Positions 28,328 through 38,197 of a DNA stretch of 62,213 nt are shown piece after piece (position 1 is the stretch's first letter; the number at the start of each line of letters is the position of its first letter). The translations under genes and the position numbers were made by a program. This DNA comes from Alphaproteobacteria bacterium (GTDB lineage: Bacteria; Pseudomonadota; Alphaproteobacteria; GCA-002720895): assembly GCA_022450705.1 (NCBI GenBank), contig JAKUPP010000002.1, positions 1-62,213 on the forward strand. The letters are read 5' to 3'. The notes beneath the pieces were generated by a model. The model searched no databases. It had not been told where the DNA came from and saw nothing but the letters and a program-made list of their open reading frames with translations.

Positions 28328-29314
28328 TTATATTTTATTAAATTTTTGTCTTATTTTTTCTTTTTTCCAATTAATAAGTTCATTTTTTTCTTTCTTACTA
28401 AGAAATGATAAAATAAAGCTTTCAGGAATAACTATTAATAATTCAGCTAAACAAAGCAACATATCATATTCCGTTTTTGATATATTATTTTTTAGAAACA
28501 CACCGGTATTTTTTATAACTATAATCTTTTTTTCATTTTTTTTTTTTAAAAAATCATTAATTGAATTATAAGTTTTGATTTTATTATTTAAAAAAACAGT
28601 ATTATCAGGATATAAAGAATTATTATTTTTAATAATTTCAAAAGATTTTTTCTTCAGTGCTAAAATTTCAATAATTTTATCCTTTGGTTTTTTAAAGTTT
28701 TTTATAAGAAAGTTATTTTTTTTAATTTTTTTTAAATTAAAAGATATTTTTCTTTTTAATTTTGTTTCAATTTTCTTCAAGAGCGAGTTGATTTTTGTTA
28801 GAGTATCTGAAGCAATTATAATTCCATGGTTTTGTAATATATAAATATTTATATCATCTGACATTTTTTTTTCTATTTCTTTTGCTAAATTTAATCCTGG
28901 TTTTTTGTACTTTATCCAAATCCATTTCATGCCTTTTAATTTACTTTCTAAAAGTTTTTTACCATTTTTTAAAATGGCATATGATAAAACTGATATAGAA
29001 TGTAAATGCACAATATATTTTTTATTAATTATTGCATGCATAGTTGTTTCTATCGAAGGATAGCTTGCCGATTTGTAATAGATCCATTTTTTCTCATTTT
29101 CTATATTTTTTTTTATAGAATTTAAATTTATTTTTAAAAATGATTTTTTTTTTAATGAATCTTTTAACCAAGTTCCTGATGATTTTACATAAATTGAATC
29201 ATCTATTTTAATTGAAGTGTTTCCACCAGGCCCGTGAAATAAATTTTTTTTTTTACTAAGATTTTGAGAAAATTTAAAAAATTTTGTTAATTCTAATTTA
29301 ATTTTGATCCTCTT
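28328..29314 (-). CDS. Class II aldolase/adducin-fold protein with C-terminal extension (start codon unresolved)
   Basis: My translation upstream of the listed ATG (29041) stays open to 29314. It encodes HGPGGNTSIK, YVKSSG and PSIETTMH, followed by VHLHS and LQNHG, matching FucA blocks GNVS, TPTG, PSSE..H, HNH and HHG. No ATG/GTG/TTG occurs in frame upstream of 29041. Confidence 0.6.
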   Translation of the reverse strand, partial: KRIKIKLELTKFFKFSQNLSKKKNLFHGPGGNTSIKIDDSIYVKSSGTWLKDSLKKKSFLKINLNSIKKNIENEKKWIYYKSASYPSIETTMHAIINKKYIVHLHSISVLSYAILKNGKKLLESKLKGMKWIWIKYKKPGLNLAKEIEKKMSDDINIYILQNHGIIIASDTLTKINSLLKKIETKLKRKISFNLKKIKKNNFLIKNFKKPKDKIIEILALKKKSFEIIKNNNSLYPDNTVFLNNKIKTYNSINDFLKKKNEKKIIVIKNTGVFLKNNISKTEYDMLLCLAELLIVIPESFILSFLSKKEKNELINWKKEKIRQKFNKI

Positions 29315-29413
29315 TTAAAAATAACAATTTAATTATTAATTCCATACAATATATTATAAATCAATAGAATATCTTTTTTTTTAAATTTTTTAAAATATTT
29401 AGGTTTAAAAATA

Positions 29414-30577
29414 ATGACTAATATAGAAAATAAAAAAATAATTCTTCAAATTATACCTTCGATGGAAATGGGTGGCGCTGAAATGGGAACATTAGAGATT
29501 TCACGTTATATGAAAAAAAAAGGATGGAATGTGATAGTTGCTTCATCTGGTGGTTCGTTAGTAAAAAAATTAACTATAAAAAATATTCTTCATATTAAAC
29601 TACCATTAAAGTCTAAAAATCCATTAATTATTTTTTTTAATATTTTTAGAATAGCTTGGGTTATAAAAAAAAATAAAATCAAAATAGTGCATCTTAGAAG
29701 TAGAGCACCTGCTTGGAGCGCTTATTACGCATGTTCAATGTTTAGAGGGATAAAAATAGTTTCTACTATTCATGGAGCATACAGTGTCCAGAACTTTTTT
29801 AAAAAAATTTATAACTCAATTATGTTAAAACCAACATCTATCATTGCAATTTCTAAATATGTTAAAAATTATTTACTTACAAATTATAAATTTTCAAAAA
29901 GAAAAAAAGAATCAATATTTATTATTCCTAGAGGTGTGGATCTAGAAAGATTTGATCCAAAAAACGTTGATTCTCAAAGACTTTTTTTTCTTTCAAATAA
30001 TTGGCAACTACCTGACGGAATTCCAATTATATTATTTCCATCAAGAATAGCTCCATTTAAAGGTCACAAAACTCTTTTAAAAGCAATTGCAATATTAAAA
30101 AAAGATCCAAAAATTCCGTTCATTTGTTTAATGCCAGGTCTAGTGAAAAAAAATTCTAATTACGAAAATGAGTTAAATTCAATTATTCAAGATAATGAAC
30201 TTGCTGATTATATAAGATTTCCAGGGCTTTGTTTTGATATGCCCGCAGCATATAAAATATCTGACATTGTTGTATCCGCAGCTGATAAACCAGAAGGGTT
30301 TGGTAGAATAATTATTGAATCTCAGTCTATGGAAAGACCTGTAATTGCAAGCGCGCATGGAGGTTCATTAGAATTAATTAAAAATAATTATAATGGGCTA
30401 CTTTTTAAACCTAAAAATGAACAAGATTTAGCAGATAAAATTAAATATTTACTTCGTTTATCTCAAAAAGAAAAAAAAAAGATTGTAAAAAGAGCAAAGG
30501 AAATTGTTAATAAAAAATACAATATCGATAATATGTGCGAATCAAACTTTAAATTATATAACTCTATTGTCCGATAA
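29414..30577 (+). CDS. Glycosyltransferase family 4 (GT-B, retaining)
   Basis: N-terminal MGGAEMGTLEISRYM and C-terminal EGFGRIIIESQSMERPVIAS (E-x7-E region). Confidence 0.8.
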   Translation: MTNIENKKIILQIIPSMEMGGAEMGTLEISRYMKKKGWNVIVASSGGSLVKKLTIKNILHIKLPLKSKNPLIIFFNIFRIAWVIKKNKIKIVHLRSRAPAWSAYYACSMFRGIKIVSTIHGAYSVQNFFKKIYNSIMLKPTSIIAISKYVKNYLLTNYKFSKRKKESIFIIPRGVDLERFDPKNVDSQRLFFLSNNWQLPDGIPIILFPSRIAPFKGHKTLLKAIAILKKDPKIPFICLMPGLVKKNSNYENELNSIIQDNELADYIRFPGLCFDMPAAYKISDIVVSAADKPEGFGRIIIESQSMERPVIASAHGGSLELIKNNYNGLLFKPKNEQDLADKIKYLLRLSQKEKKKIVKRAKEIVNKKYNIDNMCESNFKLYNSIVR

Positions 30578-30586
30578 AATAAAGAA

Positions 30587-31540
30587 ATGGCTTTAAAAAA
30601 AAATCTTTTAATTATTAAACATGGAGCATTAGGAGATTTTATTTTATCTTTTGGTCCTTTTAAAGCTATAAGAGATTATCATTTAAATGATCATATAGTT
30701 TTGTTAACAAACAGTATTTTTAAAGAATTTGCCGAGGAAAGTAATTATTTTGATGAAATAATAATAGATGACAGAGCATCTATTTGGAATACACAAAAAA
30801 TATTTAAGTTAGCAAATTTATTAAGAAAGAAGAATTTTTATAGAATTTATGATCTTCAAACTTCACAAAGAAGTTCTTTTTATTATAATTTTTTTAGATT
30901 TAAAAATAATATTGAATGGTCAGGAGTCGCGCATGGGTGCTCACATCCTGATAGGAATCCTGATAGAAACAAAATTCATACAATAGAGAGGCATAAAATA
31001 CAGCTAGAAGAAATTGGAATCAAGAATGTAAAGTTGAGTGACTTTTCTTGGGTAAAGAGTACTAATAATTATAAGATTGAAGAACCTTATATATTATTTT
31101 CTCCGGGCGGCTCTTTACATAGATTAAAAAAAAGATGGCCAGTAGAAAATTATGTAGAAATAGCAAAAAAATTTTTACGAAAAAAAATAACTCCAGTTAT
31201 ATTAGGCACTTCTGAAGATTTGGAAATGGGAAATTTTATTTTGATGAATGCAAACGGTTGTATAAATTTAGTGAACAAAACAACAATACAAGACCTTTGT
31301 ATTTTAGCTAAAGATGCGCAATTAGCTATTGGCAATGATACAGGCCCCATGCATGCATTTTCAATGTGCGGTTGTAACTCATTAGTTTTATTTTCAGATG
31401 ATTCTAATCCTAAACGATGCGCACCTAGGGCAATAAATAAAAAGAAATTAGTTAAGATTATACAAAAAAATGATTTAAGAAATCTTACAGTTGATGAGGT
31501 TTTACATTCTTTACGTAATGACTTTAGATACGATTTGTAA
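30587..31540 (+). CDS. Glycosyltransferase family 9 (heptosyltransferase-like), second copy in window
   Basis: KHGALGDFILS N-terminus and GNDTGPMHAFSMCG C-terminal GT9 motif. Confidence 0.7.
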   Translation: MALKKNLLIIKHGALGDFILSFGPFKAIRDYHLNDHIVLLTNSIFKEFAEESNYFDEIIIDDRASIWNTQKIFKLANLLRKKNFYRIYDLQTSQRSSFYYNFFRFKNNIEWSGVAHGCSHPDRNPDRNKIHTIERHKIQLEEIGIKNVKLSDFSWVKSTNNYKIEEPYILFSPGGSLHRLKKRWPVENYVEIAKKFLRKKITPVILGTSEDLEMGNFILMNANGCINLVNKTTIQDLCILAKDAQLAIGNDTGPMHAFSMCGCNSLVLFSDDSNPKRCAPRAINKKKLVKIIQKNDLRNLTVDEVLHSLRNDFRYDL

Positions 31541-31560
31541 TTTGTTATAATTTAATTGTT

Positions 31561-33462
31561 ATGGTTTCAATAAAACTTTCTGATGGCTCAAAAAAAAAAT
31601 TTTCTAGCCCAATACAAGGCCGTGAGCTTGCAAAAAAAATAAGTTCTAGTTTGTCAAAATCAGCAATTGCAATTTCAGTTGACGGAGAATTAAAAGATTT
31701 AAATTATGAAATAAATAAAGATTGTAATGCAATAATTATAACTAAAGATAGTGATTTAGGAATTGAAATATTAAGACATGACGCAGCCCATGTAATGGCA
31801 GAAGCTGTAAAAATATTATATCCTGAAGTTCAAGTTACAATAGGCCCTCCGATAGAAAACGGATTTTATTATGATTTTTCAAAAAAAGAACCGTTTACAC
31901 CAGAAGATTTAAAAAAAATAGAAGCAAAAATGTTAGAAATAATTAATAAAAATGAGCGTTTTGACAGAGAAATTTGGGATAGAAAGAAAGCAATTGATTA
32001 TTTTAAAAAACAAGGGGAATTGTATAAAGTTGAAATTATAAAAGATATTCCTTCTAAGGAAGAAATATCAGTTTATAAACAAGGCAAGTTTCTTGATCTT
32101 TGTAGAGGCCCACATTCTCAATCCACGGGAAAAATTGGAAAATTTTTTAAACTTATCAAATTAGCAGGAGCTTATTGGAAAGGAGACTCTAATAATGAAA
32201 TGCTACAAAGAATTTACGGAACTGCTTGGACAACAAAAAAAGATTTGGACAATTATTTAGAAATTTTAGAGGAAGCAGATAAAAGAGATCACAGAAAATT
32301 AGGACGTGAAATGGATTTATTCCATTTCCAAGAAGAAAGCCCAGGATCTATCTTTTGGCACAATAAAGGATGGGATGTTTTTATGAGATTGCAAAATTAC
32401 TTGAGAAACAAACAAACAAAAGCAGGATACGAAGAAATAAACACCCCAGATATGTTAGATAGATCTTTGTGGGAGAAATCAGGTCATTGGGAGAAATTTA
32501 AAGAAAACATGTTTACAATTGATACAGAGGATGAAAGAGTTTTTGCACTTAAACCAATGAACTGCCCAGGTTGTATACAAGTTTTTAATCAGGGTATAAA
32601 AAGTTATAAAGATTTACCAATTAAAATGTCTGAGTTTGGAAAAGTTCATAGATATGAACCTTCAGGAGCTGTACACGGTATGATGAGAGTTAGATCTTTT
32701 ACTCAAGATGATGCACACATATTTTGTACTGAAGATCAAATAACTAATGAGTGCATTGAAGTAACAAATTTGATTTTAGAAATATATAAATATTTTGGAT
32801 TCTCTAATATAAAGATCAATTATGCAGATAGACCAAAGAAAAGAGTTGGAAAAGATGATATTTGGGATAAATCAGAAGAAGCTTTATTAAAAGCTGTTAA
32901 AAAAGCGGGGGTAGAATATGAAATTAATAAAGGAGAAGGAGCGTTTTACGGACCAAAAATTGAGTTTGTGTTAAAAGATGCAATTAATAGAGAATGGCAA
33001 TGTGGAACAGTCCAAGTCGACTTTAATTTACCAGAAAGACTAAATGCAAATTATGTTAATGAAAAGGGAGAAAAACAAAGACCAGTATTAATACATCGTG
33101 CATTATTTGGTTCTCTAGAAAGATTTTTAGGAATTTTAATTGAACATTATAATGGTAAGCTCCCTTTCTGGTTAGCTCCTACGCAAATTAGCATATGTAC
33201 TATTACTGAAAAATTTAATGATTTTGGAAATGAGATTTATAAAAAATTGTCAGAATTAAATTTAAAAATTGATTTTGATTCACGCAATGAGAAAATTAAT
33301 TATAAAATTAGAGAGCATAGTTTTAAAAAAGTTCCAATAATATTAATTGTTGGAGAAAAAGAAAAAAAAGAAAATTCTGTTACTATTAGAGAATTGTCTG
33401 TAGATAAACAAAAGTTTTTAAAATTAGATAAAGCTATAGAATATATAAAAAAAAAAATTTGA
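31561..33462 (+). CDS. thrS: Threonyl-tRNA synthetase
   Basis: TGS domain, editing-domain HDAAH, class II core FTQDDAHIF, anticodon-binding C-terminus. Confidence 0.96.
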   Translation: MVSIKLSDGSKKKFSSPIQGRELAKKISSSLSKSAIAISVDGELKDLNYEINKDCNAIIITKDSDLGIEILRHDAAHVMAEAVKILYPEVQVTIGPPIENGFYYDFSKKEPFTPEDLKKIEAKMLEIINKNERFDREIWDRKKAIDYFKKQGELYKVEIIKDIPSKEEISVYKQGKFLDLCRGPHSQSTGKIGKFFKLIKLAGAYWKGDSNNEMLQRIYGTAWTTKKDLDNYLEILEEADKRDHRKLGREMDLFHFQEESPGSIFWHNKGWDVFMRLQNYLRNKQTKAGYEEINTPDMLDRSLWEKSGHWEKFKENMFTIDTEDERVFALKPMNCPGCIQVFNQGIKSYKDLPIKMSEFGKVHRYEPSGAVHGMMRVRSFTQDDAHIFCTEDQITNECIEVTNLILEIYKYFGFSNIKINYADRPKKRVGKDDIWDKSEEALLKAVKKAGVEYEINKGEGAFYGPKIEFVLKDAINREWQCGTVQVDFNLPERLNANYVNEKGEKQRPVLIHRALFGSLERFLGILIEHYNGKLPFWLAPTQISICTITEKFNDFGNEIYKKLSELNLKIDFDSRNEKINYKIREHSFKKVPIILIVGEKEKKENSVTIRELSVDKQKFLKLDKAIEYIKKKI

Positions 33463-33525
33463 ATAAATTAAAATTTAAGCGATAATTTATGTTAATTAAA
33501 AAATTAGAAAGGAAGGAGCATAAGA

Positions 33526-34065
33526 ATACAACAACATCGTAAGAAATTCTATAGGTCACGCGGTCCACGGGTAAATCATTACATAAGAGCGGAAAAAATA
33601 AAACTAATAGATCATCAAGGAGAGATGTTAGGTATATTTTCAGTTAATGATGGAATAAAAAAAGCAAAAGATCTTGGTTTAGATTTAGTTGAAATATCAC
33701 CGAACACCAAACCACCTATTTGTAAAATATTAGATCTAGGAAAATATAGATACCGTCAACAGAAAAAAGAAAGTCAAATAAAAAAGAAACAAAAAATTTC
33801 AGTAACTAAAGAAGTGCGTTTTAGACCAGGAATAGATGATCATGATTATCAAATTAAAATGAAGCATATCCAAAAATTTTTACAGAAAGGCGATAAAGTC
33901 AAAGTTACATTGAGGTGGAAAGGTAGAGAATTTTACGGAAATAGGGATCTGGGGAATAAACTTTTTATTAGAATAAAAGAAGATATTAAAGATAGTGCCA
34001 CAATTGAGCAAGAACCTAAAATGTTAGGGAGACAGTTGGTAATGGTATTAAATCCAAATAATTAA
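33526..34065 (+). CDS. infC: Translation initiation factor IF-3 (non-AUG start, probably ATA)
   Basis: Frame is open from 33508. The conserved N-terminal block VNHYIRAEKIKLIDHQGE lies upstream of the first ATG (33625). AAGGAG at 33513-33518 sits 7 nt before the ATA at 33526. Confidence 0.85.
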   Translation: MQQHRKKFYRSRGPRVNHYIRAEKIKLIDHQGEMLGIFSVNDGIKKAKDLGLDLVEISPNTKPPICKILDLGKYRYRQQKKESQIKKKQKISVTKEVRFRPGIDDHDYQIKMKHIQKFLQKGDKVKVTLRWKGREFYGNRDLGNKLFIRIKEDIKDSATIEQEPKMLGRQLVMVLNPNN

Positions 34066-34122
34066 TTCTATTGATTTCAGATTAAATACTGAGTATATTT
34101 CTAACTCTTTAAGGTTAATTTA

Positions 34123-34323
34123 ATGCCAAAACTTAAGACAAAAAGCGCTGTAAAAAAAAGATTTAGTTTCACAGGTTCAGGTAAACTTAAAAGAAGCTTT
34201 GCTTTTAAAAGGCATAATTTAAGAAAAAGATCACAATCAATGAAAAGAAAAGCGAGAGGAACAACAATTTTAAAAAAGTCTGATTTTCAAACTATAAGGG
34301 ATTATTTACCATATAATAATTAA
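34123..34323 (+). CDS. rpmI: 50S ribosomal protein L35
   Basis: [14 protein letters not shown] signature N-terminus, 66 aa. Confidence 0.95.
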   Translation: MPKLKTKSAVKKRFSFTGSGKLKRSFAFKRHNLRKRSQSMKRKARGTTILKKSDFQTIRDYLPYNN

Positions 34324-34331
34324 TAAACATT

Positions 34332-34685
34332 ATGGCTAGAGTAAAAAGAGGAGTTCAAGCAAGAGCAAAACACAAAAAAGTAATAAAACAAGCCAAAGGA
34401 TATAGAGGTAGATCAAAAAATGTTTTTAGGATTGCTATAGAGAAAGTCGAAAAAGGATTGCAGTACGCCTATAGAGACAGAAGAGCAAAAAAAAGAAATT
34501 TTAGAGGTCTTTGGATACAAAGAATTAATGCTGGTGTTAGAGAACATGGAATGAGTTACAGCCAATTTATTAATGGAATAAAAAAGGCAGAAATAGATAT
34601 TGACAGAAAAATTCTTGCAGATATTGCTAAAAATAATCCAACTACGTTCAAATTTATTGTAGATAAAATTCGTCAAACTAAATAA
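34332..34685 (+). CDS. rplT: 50S ribosomal protein L20
   Basis: [17 protein letters not shown] signature N-terminus, 117 aa. Confidence 0.96.
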   Translation: MARVKRGVQARAKHKKVIKQAKGYRGRSKNVFRIAIEKVEKGLQYAYRDRRAKKRNFRGLWIQRINAGVREHGMSYSQFINGIKKAEIDIDRKILADIAKNNPTTFKFIVDKIRQTK

Positions 34686-34755
34686 AAAAAATTAATAAAA
34701 AACTTTTTATAAAACTGTTAAAATAAATTTTTTATAAGAGTTTTTTTTTTAATCC

Positions 34756-35808
34756 ATGTCAGAAGAATTAGAAAAACTAGAAAAACAGATAGAAGAAAAG
34801 ATATCTAATGCTAATAATTTAGAGCATTTAAATTCTATAAAAATAGAGGTATTTGGAAAAAAAGGGTTAATTACTAATCATTTAAAGCTATTATCTGGAC
34901 TATCTGAAAATGAGAGAAAAATAAAAGGAAAAGTAATTAATGATATTAAAAATAAAATAAATCAGCTACTTCAAGAAAAAAACAAGACTTTAAATGATAA
35001 TGAAATATCAAAAAAACTGGAAAAAGAAGAAATAGATATAACTTTGTCACCAAGACCATTTGATGAAGGTAAGTTAAATCCAATAACTCAAACTATAGCT
35101 GAAGTTACAACAATTTTTCAAAAAATGGGTTTTGAAACAGCTTTAGGGCCAGATATTGAAGATGATTATCATAATTTTACCGCTTTAAACATTCCACCTG
35201 AACATCCAGCACGACAACTTCACGATACTTTTTATTTAAAAAATAATAGTAAACTTTTAAGAACTCACACTTCTCCAGTTCAAATTAGAACTTTAGAAAA
35301 AATAAAACCTCCACTAAAAATCATAGCACCTGGAAGAACATACCGAGCAGATTCAGACATGACTCACACTCCCATGTTTCACCAAATAGAAGGATTGTCT
35401 TTAGATATAAACATAAATATGAGCCATTTAAAAGGTTGTATAATGGATTTTTGTAGAGAGTTTTTTGAAATAGATGATTTACCCGTACGATTTAGACCTA
35501 GTTTTTTCCCATTTACAGAACCTTCTGCTGAAATAGATATAGGTTGTTTTAAAGATAAAAAAGAAATTAAAATTGGAAACGGAGGAAGCTGGCTTGAAAT
35601 TATGGGCTGCGGTATGGTTCACAGCAAAGTTTTGAAATATTGTAAAGTTGATTCTAATAAATATCAAGGATTTGCATTTGGAGTAGGTGTAGAAAGATTA
35701 GCAATGCTAAAATACGGGATTCCAGATTTAAGAAGTTTTTTTGAATCAGACATTAAATGGTTAAATAACTTTGGATTTTCTATTTTTGAAAATATAGAAA
35801 AAATATAA
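34756..35808 (+). CDS. pheS: Phenylalanyl-tRNA synthetase alpha subunit
   Basis: Class II motifs including FRPSFFPFTEPSAE and GFAFGVGVERLAML. Confidence 0.96.
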   Translation: MSEELEKLEKQIEEKISNANNLEHLNSIKIEVFGKKGLITNHLKLLSGLSENERKIKGKVINDIKNKINQLLQEKNKTLNDNEISKKLEKEEIDITLSPRPFDEGKLNPITQTIAEVTTIFQKMGFETALGPDIEDDYHNFTALNIPPEHPARQLHDTFYLKNNSKLLRTHTSPVQIRTLEKIKPPLKIIAPGRTYRADSDMTHTPMFHQIEGLSLDININMSHLKGCIMDFCREFFEIDDLPVRFRPSFFPFTEPSAEIDIGCFKDKKEIKIGNGGSWLEIMGCGMVHSKVLKYCKVDSNKYQGFAFGVGVERLAMLKYGIPDLRSFFESDIKWLNNFGFSIFENIEKI

Positions 35809-35812
35809 AAAA

Positions 35813-38191
35813 ATGAAATTTACATTTTCGTGGTTACAAAAATATTTAAAAACAAAAAAAAATCTTAGCAATATTTGTGAAAAGCTAACAATGTTGGGAA
35901 TTGAAGTTGCTGAAGTTATTGATAATCAGAATTTTTTTAAACAATTCAGAATTGCGGAAATTATTGATATTCAAAATCATCCCAACGCTGACCGATTGAA
36001 GTTATGTAAAGTTAGTGATGGTAAGTCAAATTTAAACATTGTCTGTGGAGCGCCTAATGTGAAAAAGGGTATGAAAGCAGTTCTTGCACCAATTGGAACC
36101 AAAATGCTAGATGAAGATTTTATAATAAAAAAATCAAAAATTCGCGGAGTTGAGAGTGAAGGAATGCTTTGTTCTGAAAAGGAGATTGGTCTTGGAACGG
36201 ATAGTGACGGTATAATAAATTTAGACCAAAAAATAAAAACGGGTAGTTTGTTATCAAGCCTTTATCCTTCAGAAAAAATTATTGATGTAGAAATTACTCC
36301 TAATAGATCTGATTGTTTAGGAGTTTATGGTATTGCAAGAGACTTAGCTGCAAGTGGAGATGGTGTTTTTATAGAAAAAAAAATTTCCAAAATTAAAGGG
36401 AAATTTAAAAGTAAAATTAATATAAGAATTGCAAAGGAAGCTAAATCCGTTTGCCCTGTATTTTATGGCCGTTATATAAAAAATGTTAAAAATTGTGAAA
36501 GTCCTGCCTGGTTAAAAAAACAATTACAATCAGTAGGATTAAAATCTATTTCAGCTTTAGTAGATATTACTAATTATTTAACTATCGATTATAACAGACC
36601 TCTACATGTATTTGATGCTGATAAAATAAATGGAAATTTAGAAATTTTTTTGACAAAAGGAGGAGAAAATTTAAAAGCTTTAGATGAAAAGGATTATAAG
36701 TTATCTAAAGAAATGATAGCTATTAAAGATAATAAAAATTTGCTAAGCGTTGGAGGAGTAATTGGCGGCGTTTCTTCAATGTGCGATTTAAACACTAAGA
36801 ATGTATTTTTAGAGTCTGCATATTTTGATCCTATATCTATAGCAAAAACAGGTCGATTATTAAATATTGAGACAGATGCAAGACAACGATTTGAAAGAGG
36901 AGTAGATCCAGAAAGTGTTTCTACAGGAATAGAACAAGCAACAGAATTAATATTAAAAATTTGTGGGGGTCAAGTTAGTGAAATTACTTCAGATGGAAAA
37001 ATTCCGATAAATAAAAAAAAAATTATTTTTGATATAAATAAAATTGAGAATTTTGTCGGTTTAAAAATTTCAGATAAAATTATTCAAAGTATTTTAAATA
37101 AATTAGGCTTTAAAATTTCAAAAAATGGATCTAAATATAAAGTATTTCCACCTACATGGAGACATGATATAGAAAATGAGGCAGATATTATTGAAGAAAT
37201 TATTCGTATCTATGGTTATGATAAAATTCCATCTCAGTCCATATATGTTACTAATGAAAAAAAAGTAAATAACCTTTGTCAAACTAGAGAATTGAATATG
37301 AAGAGATCTTTAGCGCAAAGAGGATTAACTGAAACGATAACATGGTCCTTTATGTCAAATAAAAATGCCCAAATTTTTGGTATGAATAATAATTTACAAA
37401 TACAAAATCCAATTAGCAGTGATTTGGATGTTATGAGACAATCAATAATTCCTAATTTACTAGATGCTGCTTCTTATAACATTGATAATGGAGAAGAAAA
37501 AATTTGTATATTTGAATTAGGACCAATTTTTAATAGTGAATTTGAAAATAATCAACAAATATTTTTATCAGGAATTAGATGTGGCCAAAGAAAAAAACAT
37601 TGGTTAAAAAAAGAAAGACCATACGATGTTTTTGATGTAAAACTTGATGTAGAGACAGTTCTTAGGTGTTGTAAACTTCCTCCAAAATCATATGTATTAA
37701 ATAATGACGCCCCAAGTTATTATCATCCAAAAAAATCTGGCTCTATAAACTTTCTAAACAAATCAAAAGGAGGATTTTTTGGTGAAGTTCATCCTGATAT
37801 AACAAAAAAATTTCAAATTAATTATCCTGTCTATGCTTTTGAATTAAATTTAAATACTTTACCGCATGAATTTGTAGAAAATAAAAAAAGTTTTAATAGC
37901 AAAAATTTTCAAAAAGTTGAAAGAGATTTTGCATTTATTATTGATAAAAAAATTCAATCACAAGTTATAATTGATTTAATCAATAAAGTAGAAAGTAAAT
38001 TAATTAATGAAGTTAATATCTTCGATGTATATGAAGGAGAAGGTATACCAGAAGAAAAAAAGTCTATAGCTGTTTCAATAGTTTTACAGCCTGAAGATAG
38101 AACTTTAAAAGATACAGAAATAGAAATAATTTGTAAAAAAATTATTTCAAATGTAGTAGAAAATACAGGTGCAATTCTAAGAGAAAAATAA
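35813..38191 (+). CDS. pheT: Phenylalanyl-tRNA synthetase beta subunit
   Basis: N-terminal tRNA-binding (OB) domain, B3/4, B5 and C-terminal FDX-ACB domains. 792 aa. Confidence 0.96.
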   Translation: MKFTFSWLQKYLKTKKNLSNICEKLTMLGIEVAEVIDNQNFFKQFRIAEIIDIQNHPNADRLKLCKVSDGKSNLNIVCGAPNVKKGMKAVLAPIGTKMLDEDFIIKKSKIRGVESEGMLCSEKEIGLGTDSDGIINLDQKIKTGSLLSSLYPSEKIIDVEITPNRSDCLGVYGIARDLAASGDGVFIEKKISKIKGKFKSKINIRIAKEAKSVCPVFYGRYIKNVKNCESPAWLKKQLQSVGLKSISALVDITNYLTIDYNRPLHVFDADKINGNLEIFLTKGGENLKALDEKDYKLSKEMIAIKDNKNLLSVGGVIGGVSSMCDLNTKNVFLESAYFDPISIAKTGRLLNIETDARQRFERGVDPESVSTGIEQATELILKICGGQVSEITSDGKIPINKKKIIFDINKIENFVGLKISDKIIQSILNKLGFKISKNGSKYKVFPPTWRHDIENEADIIEEIIRIYGYDKIPSQSIYVTNEKKVNNLCQTRELNMKRSLAQRGLTETITWSFMSNKNAQIFGMNNNLQIQNPISSDLDVMRQSIIPNLLDAASYNIDNGEEKICIFELGPIFNSEFENNQQIFLSGIRCGQRKKHWLKKERPYDVFDVKLDVETVLRCCKLPPKSYVLNNDAPSYYHPKKSGSINFLNKSKGGFFGEVHPDITKKFQINYPVYAFELNLNTLPHEFVENKKSFNSKNFQKVERDFAFIIDKKIQSQVIIDLINKVESKLINEVNIFDVYEGEGIPEEKKSIAVSIVLQPEDRTLKDTEIEIICKKIISNVVENTGAILREK

Positions 38192-38197
38192 TCTGAT

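Noticed and set aside
34686-34755. Possible pheST leader peptide/attenuator
   Set aside because: The 70-nt A/T-rich spacer contains no short ORF with Phe codons and no alternative hairpins.
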